Shown here: positions 1 through 9,843 of the stretch, piece after piece
Layout: each line of letters begins with the position of its first letter
How positions within the stretch are numbered: position 1 is the stretch's first letter
Virus record (IMG/VR): IMGVR_UViG_3300043451_000190
Span: 1 to 44,592 of that record
Length of the DNA stretch: 44,592 bases
From: a virus
Lineage: Duplodnaviria > Caudoviricetes
Direction: 5' to 3' (one strand)
Notes under the pieces: generated by a model
What the model saw: only the letters and a program-made list of their open reading frames with translations
Database searches by the model: none
What the model was told of the DNA's origin: nothing
Position numbers and translations under genes: made by a program

Positions 1-1
1 T

Positions 2-1687
2 TTTATTTATATCAGAACTTTTATTAAAAACATCTTTATCCGCTTCTGGCATTTCTTTCCCCAATGTTCTTAATGATGATGGATTAAATGTATCCTTTTT
101 AGGGGCATTTCTTTCTCTCCACCCAGCAACATGAGAATTACCCATAGTAGCAATAGCAATACCACCGGTTTTTTCGATTTCTTTAATTTTTCTATCTAAT
201 TCTTTTTGTCTAAAATCATTATATGCTTTTTGACCAGTTGATAATTCAGTTTCACCATAATTTTGGTCATCTCTATAATTTAATTGATATAAATCTTCTT
301 TTTGTTCTAATGATAAATTATTCCAATCTATATCTTCATTAAATTCATCACTACCACCTTTTTTAGCTTGATCAACTATCCATTGTTTAGTTTCATCGGT
401 TAGATAATCTTCAGCATTTAAATCATCTCCCTGACCAACCATATTAGTCCAAATCGATGCCATTGCTTTTTGTTTATCTCCTCCAAAAGTATTAGCAATA
501 TGTTCAAACACTTGTGAATCAGAATCCGTTATATCAGCATTTTCATCCCAACTTTCTTCTTTTGGAGAATCAAAATGATTCATATAAGCATCTCTAATTT
601 CTTTTTGTTCTCCGTTAAATTCTATTCTACCATTTTCATCATATGAAGAACCACCCTCACCTACAAATACAACTTTTGCATCTTTTGGTAGGGATGTTAT
701 TTTATCTATAATATTTTTAGTAGTTTCGGTATCATCTCCATGTTCAACTCCAATTAGTATAGAACCATTTTCAGTTATTTCAGAATCCAATCTATTACCA
801 TCACTATCAGTTTGGTCTCTTAATTCTTTTGAAATATCAGTGAGTTTAGTTTGAACATCTTTTTTTAATTCAGTTTGATATTCTGGATCATTCTCTCTTC
901 TTGTTTTTAAATTATCCTTTTCAGATTTGAATGCTCTAGCTCTTGCTCTATCTTTAGCACTAGCTTCCGGATCATTTAATACTTTTTCGGGTTCATTTTT
1001 TATTCTATCTTCTTTTTGTTTATCCTCTGGACTCATTTCCGGTTTTACAACAGGTTGTTCCGTTGGTTGTTGAGAAGTAGAAGGTTTTTCAGCAGTTGGT
1101 GTAGTTGGTTTAACTTCAGGTTTTTCTACCGGTTTCTCCGTAGGTTTTTCTTCCGGCTTTTGCTCTTCTCCACCGCTCGCTTTTTTATCAAACTCAGCTT
1201 TTTCTTCTGGAGTAACTGGTCTTAAATTACCATTATCATTTTTGAATTGAGCATCACCACCCTGTTTAGATGAATAATATCCACCTCCTAAATGATATTT
1301 ACCAGGAAATTCTTTTGATTCTCCCTTACCTTCTTCTTCAATTAAAAGTGATTCTAATAATTGATCAATAGTAATATACTCCAACTTAAAAGATGGAGTT
1401 TCTATAATAGTTTCAACAACCTCTTCTTCAATAGGTTCTTCTACTTTAGGTTGTGGAACTTCTTCTTTAATTTCTTCTACTATCGGCGTTTTAACGATAG
1501 GTGTATTTTTAATAGGAGTTTTATTTAGGAATGTTTCTGAAATTATTTGTTTATATTCAGAATATCCTAATCTATCACAACAATCCATTAAATTATCTAT
1601 TTGCTCCTTATCATTTAAAGAAGGTATAGGATAATCTACTGAATGTTCTAATAGGATTTCTTCTATTATTTTTTTGATTTCGGCCAT
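2..1687 (-). CDS. Large acidic protein, 3'-truncated by the window edge; possible internal head protein with a TIKI/EreA/ChaN-like domain
   Basis: Absent from the ORF track because no stop lies in the window. Translated by hand from ATG at 1687 (MAEIKKIIEEILLEHSVDYPIPSLND...), open to the edge. An E/K/P-rich linker precedes the motifs ILIGVEHG, VVFVGEG, NDFRQ and IATMGNSHV. Confidence 0.8.
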   Translation of the reverse strand, partial: MAEIKKIIEEILLEHSVDYPIPSLNDKEQIDNLMDCCDRLGYSEYKQIISETFLNKTPIKNTPIVKTPIVEEIKEEVPQPKVEEPIEEEVVETIIETPSFKLEYITIDQLLESLLIEEEGKGESKEFPGKYHLGGGYYSSKQGGDAQFKNDNGNLRPVTPEEKAEFDKKASGGEEQKPEEKPTEKPVEKPEVKPTTPTAEKPSTSQQPTEQPVVKPEMSPEDKQKEDRIKNEPEKVLNDPEASAKDRARARAFKSEKDNLKTRRENDPEYQTELKKDVQTKLTDISKELRDQTDSDGNRLDSEITENGSILIGVEHGDDTETTKNIIDKITSLPKDAKVVFVGEGGSSYDENGRIEFNGEQKEIRDAYMNHFDSPKEESWDENADITDSDSQVFEHIANTFGGDKQKAMASIWTNMVGQGDDLNAEDYLTDETKQWIVDQAKKGGSDEFNEDIDWNNLSLEQKEDLYQLNYRDDQNYGETELSTGQKAYNDFRQKELDRKIKEIEKTGGIAIATMGNSHVAGWRERNAPKKDTFNPSSLRTLGKEMPEADKDVFNKSSDINK

Positions 1688-1696
1688 ACTGATTTA

Positions 1697-2092
1697 TTAG
1701 TTGAATTCAATCTTTTGAAATATTCTTGTTGGTATTTTTCTTATACCAGTTGCTCCTGTTAGGATAATACAATTTTTAAATTTTTCCCAATCCAAAGAAA
1801 AACTTGTATCCAACACACCACCATTTTCTTCTTTAATCAATTGATTTAAAGCATTTATGGTATAAAGAGAATTGGATTGTTTTTTTCTATGAACTAATAT
1901 AGTGTTTGCCAATTGGATATCTGGTTTAAACTCTACATCGATATTATAAGTAATATATAACTCATCTATGTTAGTTTTATTTTGTAAAACATAAATGTAG
2001 TTATATACAATTTTATAATTTTCTCTAATTTTTTGTAGGATATCTTGTAAATTCTCCGTTTCCGCAAATGTACATAGTAACTGTGTTTTCAT
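1697..2092 (-). CDS. Hypothetical phage protein (131 aa)
   Basis: Clean ORF with an upstream ATACTTATA motif (2122-2130); no recognisable catalytic motif. Confidence 0.75.
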   Translation of the reverse strand: MKTQLLCTFAETENLQDILQKIRENYKIVYNYIYVLQNKTNIDELYITYNIDVEFKPDIQLANTILVHRKKQSNSLYTINALNQLIKEENGGVLDTSFSLDWEKFKNCIILTGATGIRKIPTRIFQKIEFN

Positions 2093-2163
2093 CTATAATC
2101 TTTTAATACTTTTTTCTACTATATAAGTATTAAATATTTCCGTAAGTCAATTTTTTTAGAGAC

Positions 2164-2937
2164 CTAAGGGATAAAAACCTCTTTACTTTTTTTATATTTC
2201 AAAAAATTCAGAGTATCCTTCTCTCCATTATTGAGTATAGAAGGAAATGAGATTATTGTATATCGTTTATAATCTCCAATTAATTCCAATACCTGGTGTT
2301 CAATCAGATTATCAACGAAATCCAATATCACATAATTACCAAATATCGGCTTCACCTTTTCTTCATTATAATTTATAAAAAATTCACCACCCATTTCCTC
2401 ATTCCAGTCCTCTTCAGGTGTTAGATAAAAAATAATACCATATAGAGTTTTCTCACTACCAGCATCAAAGTGTGGAGGTTGTTTATCACCTTTTTCATAC
2501 ATAGCAATCGTACCCATTCCACCCAAATTTAAACTTGTTGATTCAAATCCAAATTCACCATAACATTGATTTACGATATCCATCTTAACTTTACTCAACA
2601 ATTCCGCCAATTTAACACCACCTTCAAACGGAACTCCACCTTTTAAATTCTTCCATCTTTGAAAAATCTTTAGTCCTTTTTCTTCCATAAAGGAATCTAT
2701 TTTTTCCAAATCATTGTATGGATGAATGTAAGTTTCCTCTTTATAAAATGGATACATATGAACACCACCCGTATGTTGGGTTTTACATTCTACATTATCT
2801 CCATTTTTAAATTGTTTAGAAATCTCTTTAGTAATCACTTTTAAAAAATCGATTTCTTCGGTTGAAAATATTTCCTCAAATTTTCCTATATGATATCCCG
2901 TTTTTCGTAATCCTTCCATATTATTAAATATTTCCAT
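2164..2937 (-). CDS. 2OG-Fe(II) oxygenase, prolyl-hydroxylase-like
   Basis: HxD (PPHFDAG), WNEEMGGEF, distal His (IEHQV) and the 2OG-binding Arg (KRYTI). Start overlaps the end of the PolA-like gene. Confidence 0.85.
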   Translation of the reverse strand: MEIFNNMEGLRKTGYHIGKFEEIFSTEEIDFLKVITKEISKQFKNGDNVECKTQHTGGVHMYPFYKEETYIHPYNDLEKIDSFMEEKGLKIFQRWKNLKGGVPFEGGVKLAELLSKVKMDIVNQCYGEFGFESTSLNLGGMGTIAMYEKGDKQPPHFDAGSEKTLYGIIFYLTPEEDWNEEMGGEFFINYNEEKVKPIFGNYVILDFVDNLIEHQVLELIGDYKRYTIISFPSILNNGEKDTLNFLKYKKSKEVFIP

Positions 2938-4165
2938 AACTATAATCCATAATCATATCGGTAGGTGATACTCTATCTAATATGTTTGTAATTCCCTCTA
3001 TCAAACTTTCTTCTTCCTTATCTACATCGAATAGAAACGAATCATAAGTGTATAAGACCAACTTCGTTTTTCTCCCCTCTAACAAACGATTTAGCTTACG
3101 GATAACATAAGTATTGGTTTCGGTCTCCAGGGCCTGCAAATAGTAATTAAACACCTTTTGTGGGTTATGATTATCTATCCTTTGGAATGGTATTCTTTTA
3201 CCAACCTTTGTTTCCAAATAACCATTGATTAAAAAATCTTTGTATAACTTCTTTATGAACTCATCCGTTTTTTTGAAGAATGGAATTTCTAAGTTCTCCG
3301 CATCTATCCCACCATATAATTGTTGGAATGTCAACTTCTTACTATTCCCATAATCCTCATCGGTTAATTCCTCTTTCCCAAAATATTGTTTACCTAACCA
3401 TTCATGTGCGGAATCTTCGGGGATAACCTCATTCACTATCTTAGCTATCAGACGAACATGGTATCCATCAAAATCGAACTGAACCAACTTACCATTTTTA
3501 CTTACGATGAAATCTCTACTACCATCTGATTTGTTTAGAGCCGAATAGTTTGTTCCTCCAAAAGTGTTTGATGGTCTTCCAGTTGTTGTAAAGTTGTTGT
3601 ATAGGGAATACTCATATCCATAAGTTGTTGGGATACCATTACTCTCAATTTTTTTGAATTCCGGTAGGACTAAGGAATTGTAGTAGTCGTAACCCCCAAC
3701 CCCCTCCGTATTAGCATACTTAAGGTTTTCATTTACAAAATCTACTATACCTTTGAGTATAATACTGATTGGTACAAAACTTAAATCATCTTTATCTTTA
3801 TAACCCTTTGTGAAATTATGATACATCATATCATACTCATAAGATTTAAACTGATTAAGATGGTATAAAACATCGATACTTTGATAATTTGGTAATTCCA
3901 TTTGATGAATAAACCATTTACTATCAAAGATAAATTTAGGGGCCGTTCCATGTGTTAATACTTCTAATGGAACATCTAAACAATCATTATGTCCATTCAT
4001 AAGAACATAACAATCATCTTCTATAAAAACAAAAGCACCCAATAGTCTATTCAACTTTGGGTGCTCTTTTCTATTTTTAAATAGTGGAAATATTACACTT
4101 CTTTCAGAAGTGTATTTTTTTAGGAACTCTTTTCCAGTATGTTTGTTTTCCACGAATTTTACCAT
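2924..4165 (-). CDS. Minimal, divergent family A DNA polymerase-like protein (~413 aa)
   Basis: TTTGRPS, motif A QFDFDGYHVRL, motif B SKKLTFQQLYG, NYYLQA, motif C LYTYDSFLFD. No intact exonuclease motifs seen. Start placed at ATG 4165 because the track's TTG (4174) lies inside the promoter box. Confidence 0.8.
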   Translation of the reverse strand: MVKFVENKHTGKEFLKKYTSERSVIFPLFKNRKEHPKLNRLLGAFVFIEDDCYVLMNGHNDCLDVPLEVLTHGTAPKFIFDSKWFIHQMELPNYQSIDVLYHLNQFKSYEYDMMYHNFTKGYKDKDDLSFVPISIILKGIVDFVNENLKYANTEGVGGYDYYNSLVLPEFKKIESNGIPTTYGYEYSLYNNFTTTGRPSNTFGGTNYSALNKSDGSRDFIVSKNGKLVQFDFDGYHVRLIAKIVNEVIPEDSAHEWLGKQYFGKEELTDEDYGNSKKLTFQQLYGGIDAENLEIPFFKKTDEFIKKLYKDFLINGYLETKVGKRIPFQRIDNHNPQKVFNYYLQALETETNTYVIRKLNRLLEGRKTKLVLYTYDSFLFDVDKEEESLIEGITNILDRVSPTDMIMDYSYGNI

Positions 4166-4171
4166 AGGAAA

Positions 4172-4202
4172 CAAATATACAAAATATTTTTAAGAATTCC
4201 AA
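4172..4202 (-). promoter_or_regulatory. Bacteroidota primary-sigma-type promoter for the PolA-like gene
   Basis: Minus strand reads TTG-N20-TATATTTG, matching the Bacteroidetes -33 TTTG / -7 TAnnTTTG consensus, 6 nt before the ATG. Confidence 0.65.
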
Positions 4203-4972
4203 TATTTTTCTTGCAAAGGTTTTAATTCAATTGGTTCTCTTTTCATATGTGAACCTTGATTGAAATACGCACCTTTCTTCAAATAACCTCCTAAAAAGTT
4301 TCTTCTGAATCTTTGAGAATTATTTGGTTCTGAACCATGTACACAATGTGAATGCAATAATACCACTTGTCCCTTTCTTAAGTATCCTTCTACTTTACGG
4401 AAATCATGTCCCTCTGGCATTACACAAGGTTTACCTCTTTCGTTTCTCCAAAATGTTGGATTTGTTTTTGTTCTTTCCTCATCCACTTCAATTGGTAAAA
4501 CCGGCAATCTATGTGAACCTTCATAGTTCCATACCGCACCATTCTCTGGATCGTGATTATCTAATGCTAATGCAGTGTTGATAATTTCATTGTGTCCACA
4601 ACCGGTGTAGAATGCATTTTGATGTTGGTCTCTACCTAATTGTCCAGGTGGTTTAAAATATGCCCAAGTTTGCATACCTACAATTTCACCTTCCATTAAG
4701 AACTCACATGCCTCAATGATTTTTGGATGAACAAATAATTTTTCTAATTTTTCTGAGATTTTATGTGGGTAAGCAAATGGATCCCATTCTCCCCATTGAT
4801 TACCATCTTCGGTTGTAGTGCTTTGTCTTTCTAAACGCAATTTTTCTAATTCTGCATTTACTTCATCACACTCTTCTTCGGTAAGTAATTCTAAAACTGT
4901 AAAACCTTTATACCTCCAATCGAAGGTCATTTGTTGGATTTCTAAATCCGTTAGATGTTTGAAATTTGCCAT
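4190..4972 (-). CDS. Phytanoyl-CoA dioxygenase (PhyH)-family 2OG-Fe(II) oxygenase
   Basis: YFKPPG..HQN, ALDNHDPENG, EGSH, HSHCVHGSEPN, RR pattern typical of the PhyH/EctD family. Confidence 0.88.
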   Translation of the reverse strand: MANFKHLTDLEIQQMTFDWRYKGFTVLELLTEEECDEVNAELEKLRLERQSTTTEDGNQWGEWDPFAYPHKISEKLEKLFVHPKIIEACEFLMEGEIVGMQTWAYFKPPGQLGRDQHQNAFYTGCGHNEIINTALALDNHDPENGAVWNYEGSHRLPVLPIEVDEERTKTNPTFWRNERGKPCVMPEGHDFRKVEGYLRKGQVVLLHSHCVHGSEPNNSQRFRRNFLGGYLKKGAYFNQGSHMKREPIELKPLQEKYWNS

Positions 4973-5052
4973 AACATTAATGTGTATAACTTTTGTTTAA
5001 TTATAAATATACTACAATTATTTTAATTTACCAAATCTATCTATGAGTTTAA

Positions 5053-5433
5053 TCACTTATAAAATTGAGATAAATTAACTAAATATAATTCAATATCTGG
5101 TAATTTTTTAGATGCTTCAGTTATTGCCAATCTATTAATGGTTTTAATAGAAGGAATATAAGTGCCGTCATCCATATACTTATCTTCTAAGTTTCCAACT
5201 ATTTTCCAATTAATTTCAACTCCATTCCAATAATCAGTATTTGAATAATCCGAATACGAATCTGCATTTATTTCAAAAATAGGAGAACCAGTTGTACCTC
5301 TTCTTTGAGTAAAATATCGTTTAATAAATCCAATGTTATAATCATATTGAGTTGGATTTGGGAAATAACTCTTAGGAGGCCTATTTTTTATAGGGATATT
5401 ATTAAGTTTCTTATAGTTTTCTATTTGTATCAT
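5053..5433 (-). CDS. Hypothetical protein in the baseplate cluster
   Basis: TAATG-coupled to the 707-aa gene. Confidence 0.7.
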   Translation of the reverse strand: MIQIENYKKLNNIPIKNRPPKSYFPNPTQYDYNIGFIKRYFTQRRGTTGSPIFEINADSYSDYSNTDYWNGVEINWKIVGNLEDKYMDDGTYIPSIKTINRLAITEASKKLPDIELYLVNLSQFYK

Positions 5434-7556
5434 TATTTATAAAAAGGTCTATATTTTGCAGTAACTTCAGTTTCCCATCTAGTACCATCAATTGAATGTT
5501 TGATTTCTTCCACCTGAAATGCTCCTTTGCCGGTTGAATATTGTTTAGGTAATCCGTTAATTCTAAATAGATGACCAACTTGAAATCCACTCATTCCTAA
5601 AACTTTAAAAGTAAATGATACAGGCAAAGTTCTACCAGTATAAACTTCTTTCCCTCCGCCATATACATCAGTTCCTTTAATTTCATTAAACTTTCTTTTA
5701 TTCAGATATTGTCCACAAATAGCCCACTCATCCATATTACCTTCTTCTATATCACTCACATCTGTTTTTTTAGGGTTTATTAATAATCTAACATTTCTTC
5801 TAAATTCAACCCATAGATTCTTTTTATCATCCGCAGTTTTAGCTGCATTTTCTTTTGATTTTTTTATTTCAACCGGAGTCATTCTTGTTAGAATAGTATC
5901 TTTTTGATTAGAAAATAAACCGGTTGTTAATTCATCGGTTGTTTCTATACCAGAAGTGGCAACTGATTTTTCCATAAAAACTTTACCCGCCATAGCTTTT
6001 GGAATATCCAACCCAAAGTTTGCATCCATAAAAAAACTATTAGGGCCATATAGATCAAATGTTTCAATATTAGCACCTTCTTTACCATTTCTAACATTAG
6101 TTAAATTGGCATCAGTTATTAACATTCTAGCTCCACCTGTTCCAGGTTTATCTTCTCTGATTTGAAATTGCCAAAATCCATTTACTGCATCCGATAATTT
6201 ATCTAAAAGCCCATCTAATATTTCTTTAACGGGCGTTGTTTGATTTTTCAACGCATCCATTGCCATATTATTTTCTATATAGATATCACCAATCCAACCA
6301 TGAGTATTAGCCGCCAATGTTACACTACCATCTTCGGTTTTTACGACAGTTGCATTCTTTTTAGGAAAACTTCGACCATTTATGGATGTATCCAAAACAC
6401 CACCGGATGTTATTCCGGCTGCTTTTAATATTTCCATATCACCCAAATAATTATATGATTCTTTATTTGGAATGAAAAGTTCTTCTGAAGTTGAAAATAT
6501 TCCAGGAAACGAACTTATATATGTATCTTTTATATCTATTTCAACATCTACTGCTCCTTGAGAACTAAATTTTACTCTTGTTTGATTTAACAATTTAATA
6601 AAAGCGGAAAAACTAATAAATTTATTTCCATTAATAGGGCTTTCCGCATCAGTAGCTTCAAAGTTTACTCCTTTAAAAGTTAAATCACCACTAAACCATC
6701 CTTCAGTAGTTTCCCATTTAGCTTCCTCAACTATGGATTCATTATAATTTAAAAAATCCGAATCTGGATTAAATTCTTTTTCAATTGCCAATATTTGTTG
6801 AGTTCTCAATTCTTCTGGCATTTGATTGAAAAAATATGCAAAATTTAAGGAAGTATTTTTTGAAAGCATATAATCAGACATCTTTGCAGGATCATATGTT
6901 AATGCTTCAACTTTTTCATCGGTTTTAGCAACGGGTTCAGATGTTCTTCCAAAAAGTATTTCACCCATTGATGCTATTTTTACTTGAAGACTAAATTCAT
7001 CACCTTCGATAGTTGATTCTCCACCAGTAATAATACCAACCATATTATCATAACATCCATTATTTTTTTGTCGGATATCTAATAGAGATTGAGCATTTCT
7101 ATTATATAAGTTTACATTAGCAGCATTAGCATCAACCGGGCCTATTGTTTTTCCAGATGAAAGAGAATAATTCCATCCCCATTGTATAAAACAACTTATA
7201 CCAGGTTCTAAAAAGTATTGTTGCATTAAACTCAATTGGTCAGGAGAAAAACATTTTATATTTAATGTTCCTCTTCTCAATGTTCCTCTACTTGCAAAAT
7301 CAATTGCAAAATCGGTTATGATTGGATTAGGTCTAAACTTCCATTCTGATCCAGCTAAATTTTTATATCCATCCGTAGATGAACCATCAAATAAAGTTGA
7401 ATATGAATCAGTTCCTATTGTATATTGTCCACCTAAATTAGAAGTTGCTTTTATCCAAGGCACTAATTTAGATAACTGAATATTATTTTCAGGAGTTTTC
7501 TTTCTTAATTCATTTACAATAAAACTATCTATACTTTTATAAAAAGGAAACGCCAT
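5433..7556 (-). CDS. Putative baseplate hub protein (707 aa)
   Basis: Follows the tape measure and LysM-like genes. FLEPGISCFIQWGW and a C-terminal GMSGFQVGHLF...FQVEEIKHSI..WETEV pattern resemble hub (gp27/Mu gp44-like) barrels. Confidence 0.55.
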   Translation of the reverse strand: MAFPFYKSIDSFIVNELRKKTPENNIQLSKLVPWIKATSNLGGQYTIGTDSYSTLFDGSSTDGYKNLAGSEWKFRPNPIITDFAIDFASRGTLRRGTLNIKCFSPDQLSLMQQYFLEPGISCFIQWGWNYSLSSGKTIGPVDANAANVNLYNRNAQSLLDIRQKNNGCYDNMVGIITGGESTIEGDEFSLQVKIASMGEILFGRTSEPVAKTDEKVEALTYDPAKMSDYMLSKNTSLNFAYFFNQMPEELRTQQILAIEKEFNPDSDFLNYNESIVEEAKWETTEGWFSGDLTFKGVNFEATDAESPINGNKFISFSAFIKLLNQTRVKFSSQGAVDVEIDIKDTYISSFPGIFSTSEELFIPNKESYNYLGDMEILKAAGITSGGVLDTSINGRSFPKKNATVVKTEDGSVTLAANTHGWIGDIYIENNMAMDALKNQTTPVKEILDGLLDKLSDAVNGFWQFQIREDKPGTGGARMLITDANLTNVRNGKEGANIETFDLYGPNSFFMDANFGLDIPKAMAGKVFMEKSVATSGIETTDELTTGLFSNQKDTILTRMTPVEIKKSKENAAKTADDKKNLWVEFRRNVRLLINPKKTDVSDIEEGNMDEWAICGQYLNKRKFNEIKGTDVYGGGKEVYTGRTLPVSFTFKVLGMSGFQVGHLFRINGLPKQYSTGKGAFQVEEIKHSIDGTRWETEVTAKYRPFYK

Positions 7557-7561
7557 ATAAT

Positions 7562-7840
7562 TTATATATTATTTAAAATATCAAATTTATTTTTTGGAAT
7601 TCTTAATTGTATTCCACCATCTAATCCAATATTTACTCCATTAATATTATTTGCAGTTGCTATAATCCACCACAATTTACTATCACCATAATACTCATTA
7701 GCTAATAAATCTAATCTATCAGTTTCTTGTGTTATAATGTATATATCATCATCTTTTTTAGGAATAGATTTAGGTATAGAAGTTTTTAAAACTTTTTTAC
7801 CATTTGCTAATTTTTTAATATTTTGTTTATTATATCTCAT
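7562..7840 (-). CDS. LysM / gp53-like baseplate wedge protein
   Basis: DRLDLLANEYYGDSKLWWIIATANNI...LRIP signature. Confidence 0.8.
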   Translation of the reverse strand: MRYNKQNIKKLANGKKVLKTSIPKSIPKKDDDIYIITQETDRLDLLANEYYGDSKLWWIIATANNINGVNIGLDGGIQLRIPKNKFDILNNI

Positions 7841-7855
7841 TTTAACTCTATTCTT

Positions 7856-9841
7856 TTATTTTTTACCATATCCATAGATATTAGTCTGAGTCGTAGATTT
7901 ACTTTCAATAAATGTTAAACCAATACTTGCATTAATAAATTTAGGAAGTTTATAGTTATCCATATTTACAGCTCCGGTATTTACTTTTATTTTATTTGTT
8001 TTATTCGCTATATTACTGATATAAGAATTTCCGTTTTTCTTAATAATTTCGTTTTCACTCTCTTTAATCCAATCCATATTTAATGTATCATATGAACCAC
8101 CAATTTTTTTATTAATGGATAATGCTTTATCATTATTTTCTCCCATAAGAAATTGACCATTAAATGAATCTTCAAATCTTCCATCTCCAATTTTTATTTG
8201 TTTACCACCTATTTCCCAAAGATTTTCAGCATCTTCAATTGTATATGTTAAAGAATCTAAGAAACATGCTTTATTAGTATAAATGTTACCAAATGTAAAT
8301 TTCAATAAAGTTGGCTCAATTATACCATTGTTATAAGCATATGGATATGTACAATGTGCTAAGTATTCCAATCTTCTCCACATCATTACTAATTCAACTT
8401 GAGACATTGCATAAACTTTCAAACTGAATTGTAGTTTTCTTTCAACCGAAGTATAACTATAAAAATTAAATGGTGATCCCAACATCCTACTACTTTCCCA
8501 TTCTGGTGTAAATGTTTCACTATACCCAGTTACCAATGAACGAAAATATACTGCTGAACCATCATTTATTTTTTGAAATCTTAATGGAACTAAATCAACT
8601 TGATCTATTGTTTTTCCATTATATTTTATAGTTTTTAATTCTGCTTCCGTAAATCTACCGGTTTGGTTTATTACATCTTTAATTGAAAATAATCCTCTTT
8701 TTTTATCTAATTTATCAGAGTTTATAGTATCACCTCCTCCGTGATATGATTTTTTAGAAGTATTAGTTGAGTATTTATTCTTTTTCCAATTATCTCTGTT
8801 CAAAGATTTAGGTCTGATAAAATTTAATAAACCATTTTGAGATTTTAACAATCCTCCGATTTGATTATCTATCTGTCTACCATCAGTACCATACGGGCCC
8901 ATATTTCTACCCTCTTTTTTAGGAGTGTTATATGTAGCTAATAATTGTATTTGAGTAGGTTCTCCAAATTTTTTATGTGAATCGGCATCCGATAATCTAA
9001 AAGCATAAGTTGATTTATTTGCAAATCTTAATGCATTTCCAAACACACCTCCATTTTCGGCTCTATCTAATCCATTTGTAATAGATACAACTTTTAAATC
9101 ATATGAAGCTTTTGAATCTGCAAGAGTCGCTTGTCTCATTGAGTATGTATAACTTCCTTCATACTCACCTTCTGAATAATAATATTTTTGATTAAAATTA
9201 TCTAAACTACCAGAAGTTACCGGAACTTCTTTATCACCTATTAATATATTTCTAATAAATCCTTTACCTATGTTAATTCCCTGACCTACTGCCTGTTTTG
9301 CAATTTGGTTAGGAGTTCCAGCACCCGTTGATTTTAAATATCTACCCAATGCAGTTCCTCTAGCATCACGAGTTATGTTTCCCAATGTAATCATTTTATT
9401 GGGAGTCTTTGATTCTTTAAACTCTTTGGTATTAATTACATAAGTAGGAAATACATTTTGAGGAATACCTAATGTTTTATTTACTTTATCACCAACCTTT
9501 TGAATAAATTTTCCTATCTTTCCTAAACTGATTTGTGCATCTGGATTTTTAGATTGCTTCATCGCATCAACATCCGATGTTTTTTGAGTTCCAATTCTAA
9601 TAATTTCAGTTCCGTATAAAGCGGGTTCGTTTACTAATCTATATGGTCTTAATCCACTTAATTCTTGTTCTAATAAAGTTTCGGTTTTTGGGTCAAACAT
9701 TTTTTCAGCCATTGCCCCCAATCTGTTTTTTCTATCAATAAGAAATTCGCTATCATCAGCGTAACCCGTTGTAGGTTTGCTTTGAGGGATTTGTTTGACT
9801 AATTTAGATGAATTAAATAATTCTAATATTGTTTTACCCAT
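7856..9841 (-). CDS. Putative baseplate tail-tube initiator (gp48/gp54 or CIS tube-like domain)
   Basis: C-terminal half (VYFRSLVTGYSETFTPEW..YSYTSVERKLQFSLKV..PTLLKFTFGNIY..LDSLTYT) is tube-fold-like; directly follows the tape measure gene. Confidence 0.6.
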   Translation of the reverse strand: MGKTILELFNSSKLVKQIPQSKPTTGYADDSEFLIDRKNRLGAMAEKMFDPKTETLLEQELSGLRPYRLVNEPALYGTEIIRIGTQKTSDVDAMKQSKNPDAQISLGKIGKFIQKVGDKVNKTLGIPQNVFPTYVINTKEFKESKTPNKMITLGNITRDARGTALGRYLKSTGAGTPNQIAKQAVGQGINIGKGFIRNILIGDKEVPVTSGSLDNFNQKYYYSEGEYEGSYTYSMRQATLADSKASYDLKVVSITNGLDRAENGGVFGNALRFANKSTYAFRLSDADSHKKFGEPTQIQLLATYNTPKKEGRNMGPYGTDGRQIDNQIGGLLKSQNGLLNFIRPKSLNRDNWKKNKYSTNTSKKSYHGGGDTINSDKLDKKRGLFSIKDVINQTGRFTEAELKTIKYNGKTIDQVDLVPLRFQKINDGSAVYFRSLVTGYSETFTPEWESSRMLGSPFNFYSYTSVERKLQFSLKVYAMSQVELVMMWRRLEYLAHCTYPYAYNNGIIEPTLLKFTFGNIYTNKACFLDSLTYTIEDAENLWEIGGKQIKIGDGRFEDSFNGQFLMGENNDKALSINKKIGGSYDTLNMDWIKESENEIIKKNGNSYISNIANKTNKIKVNTGAVNMDNYKLPKFINASIGLTFIESKSTTQTNIYGYGKK

Positions 9842-9843
9842 GA

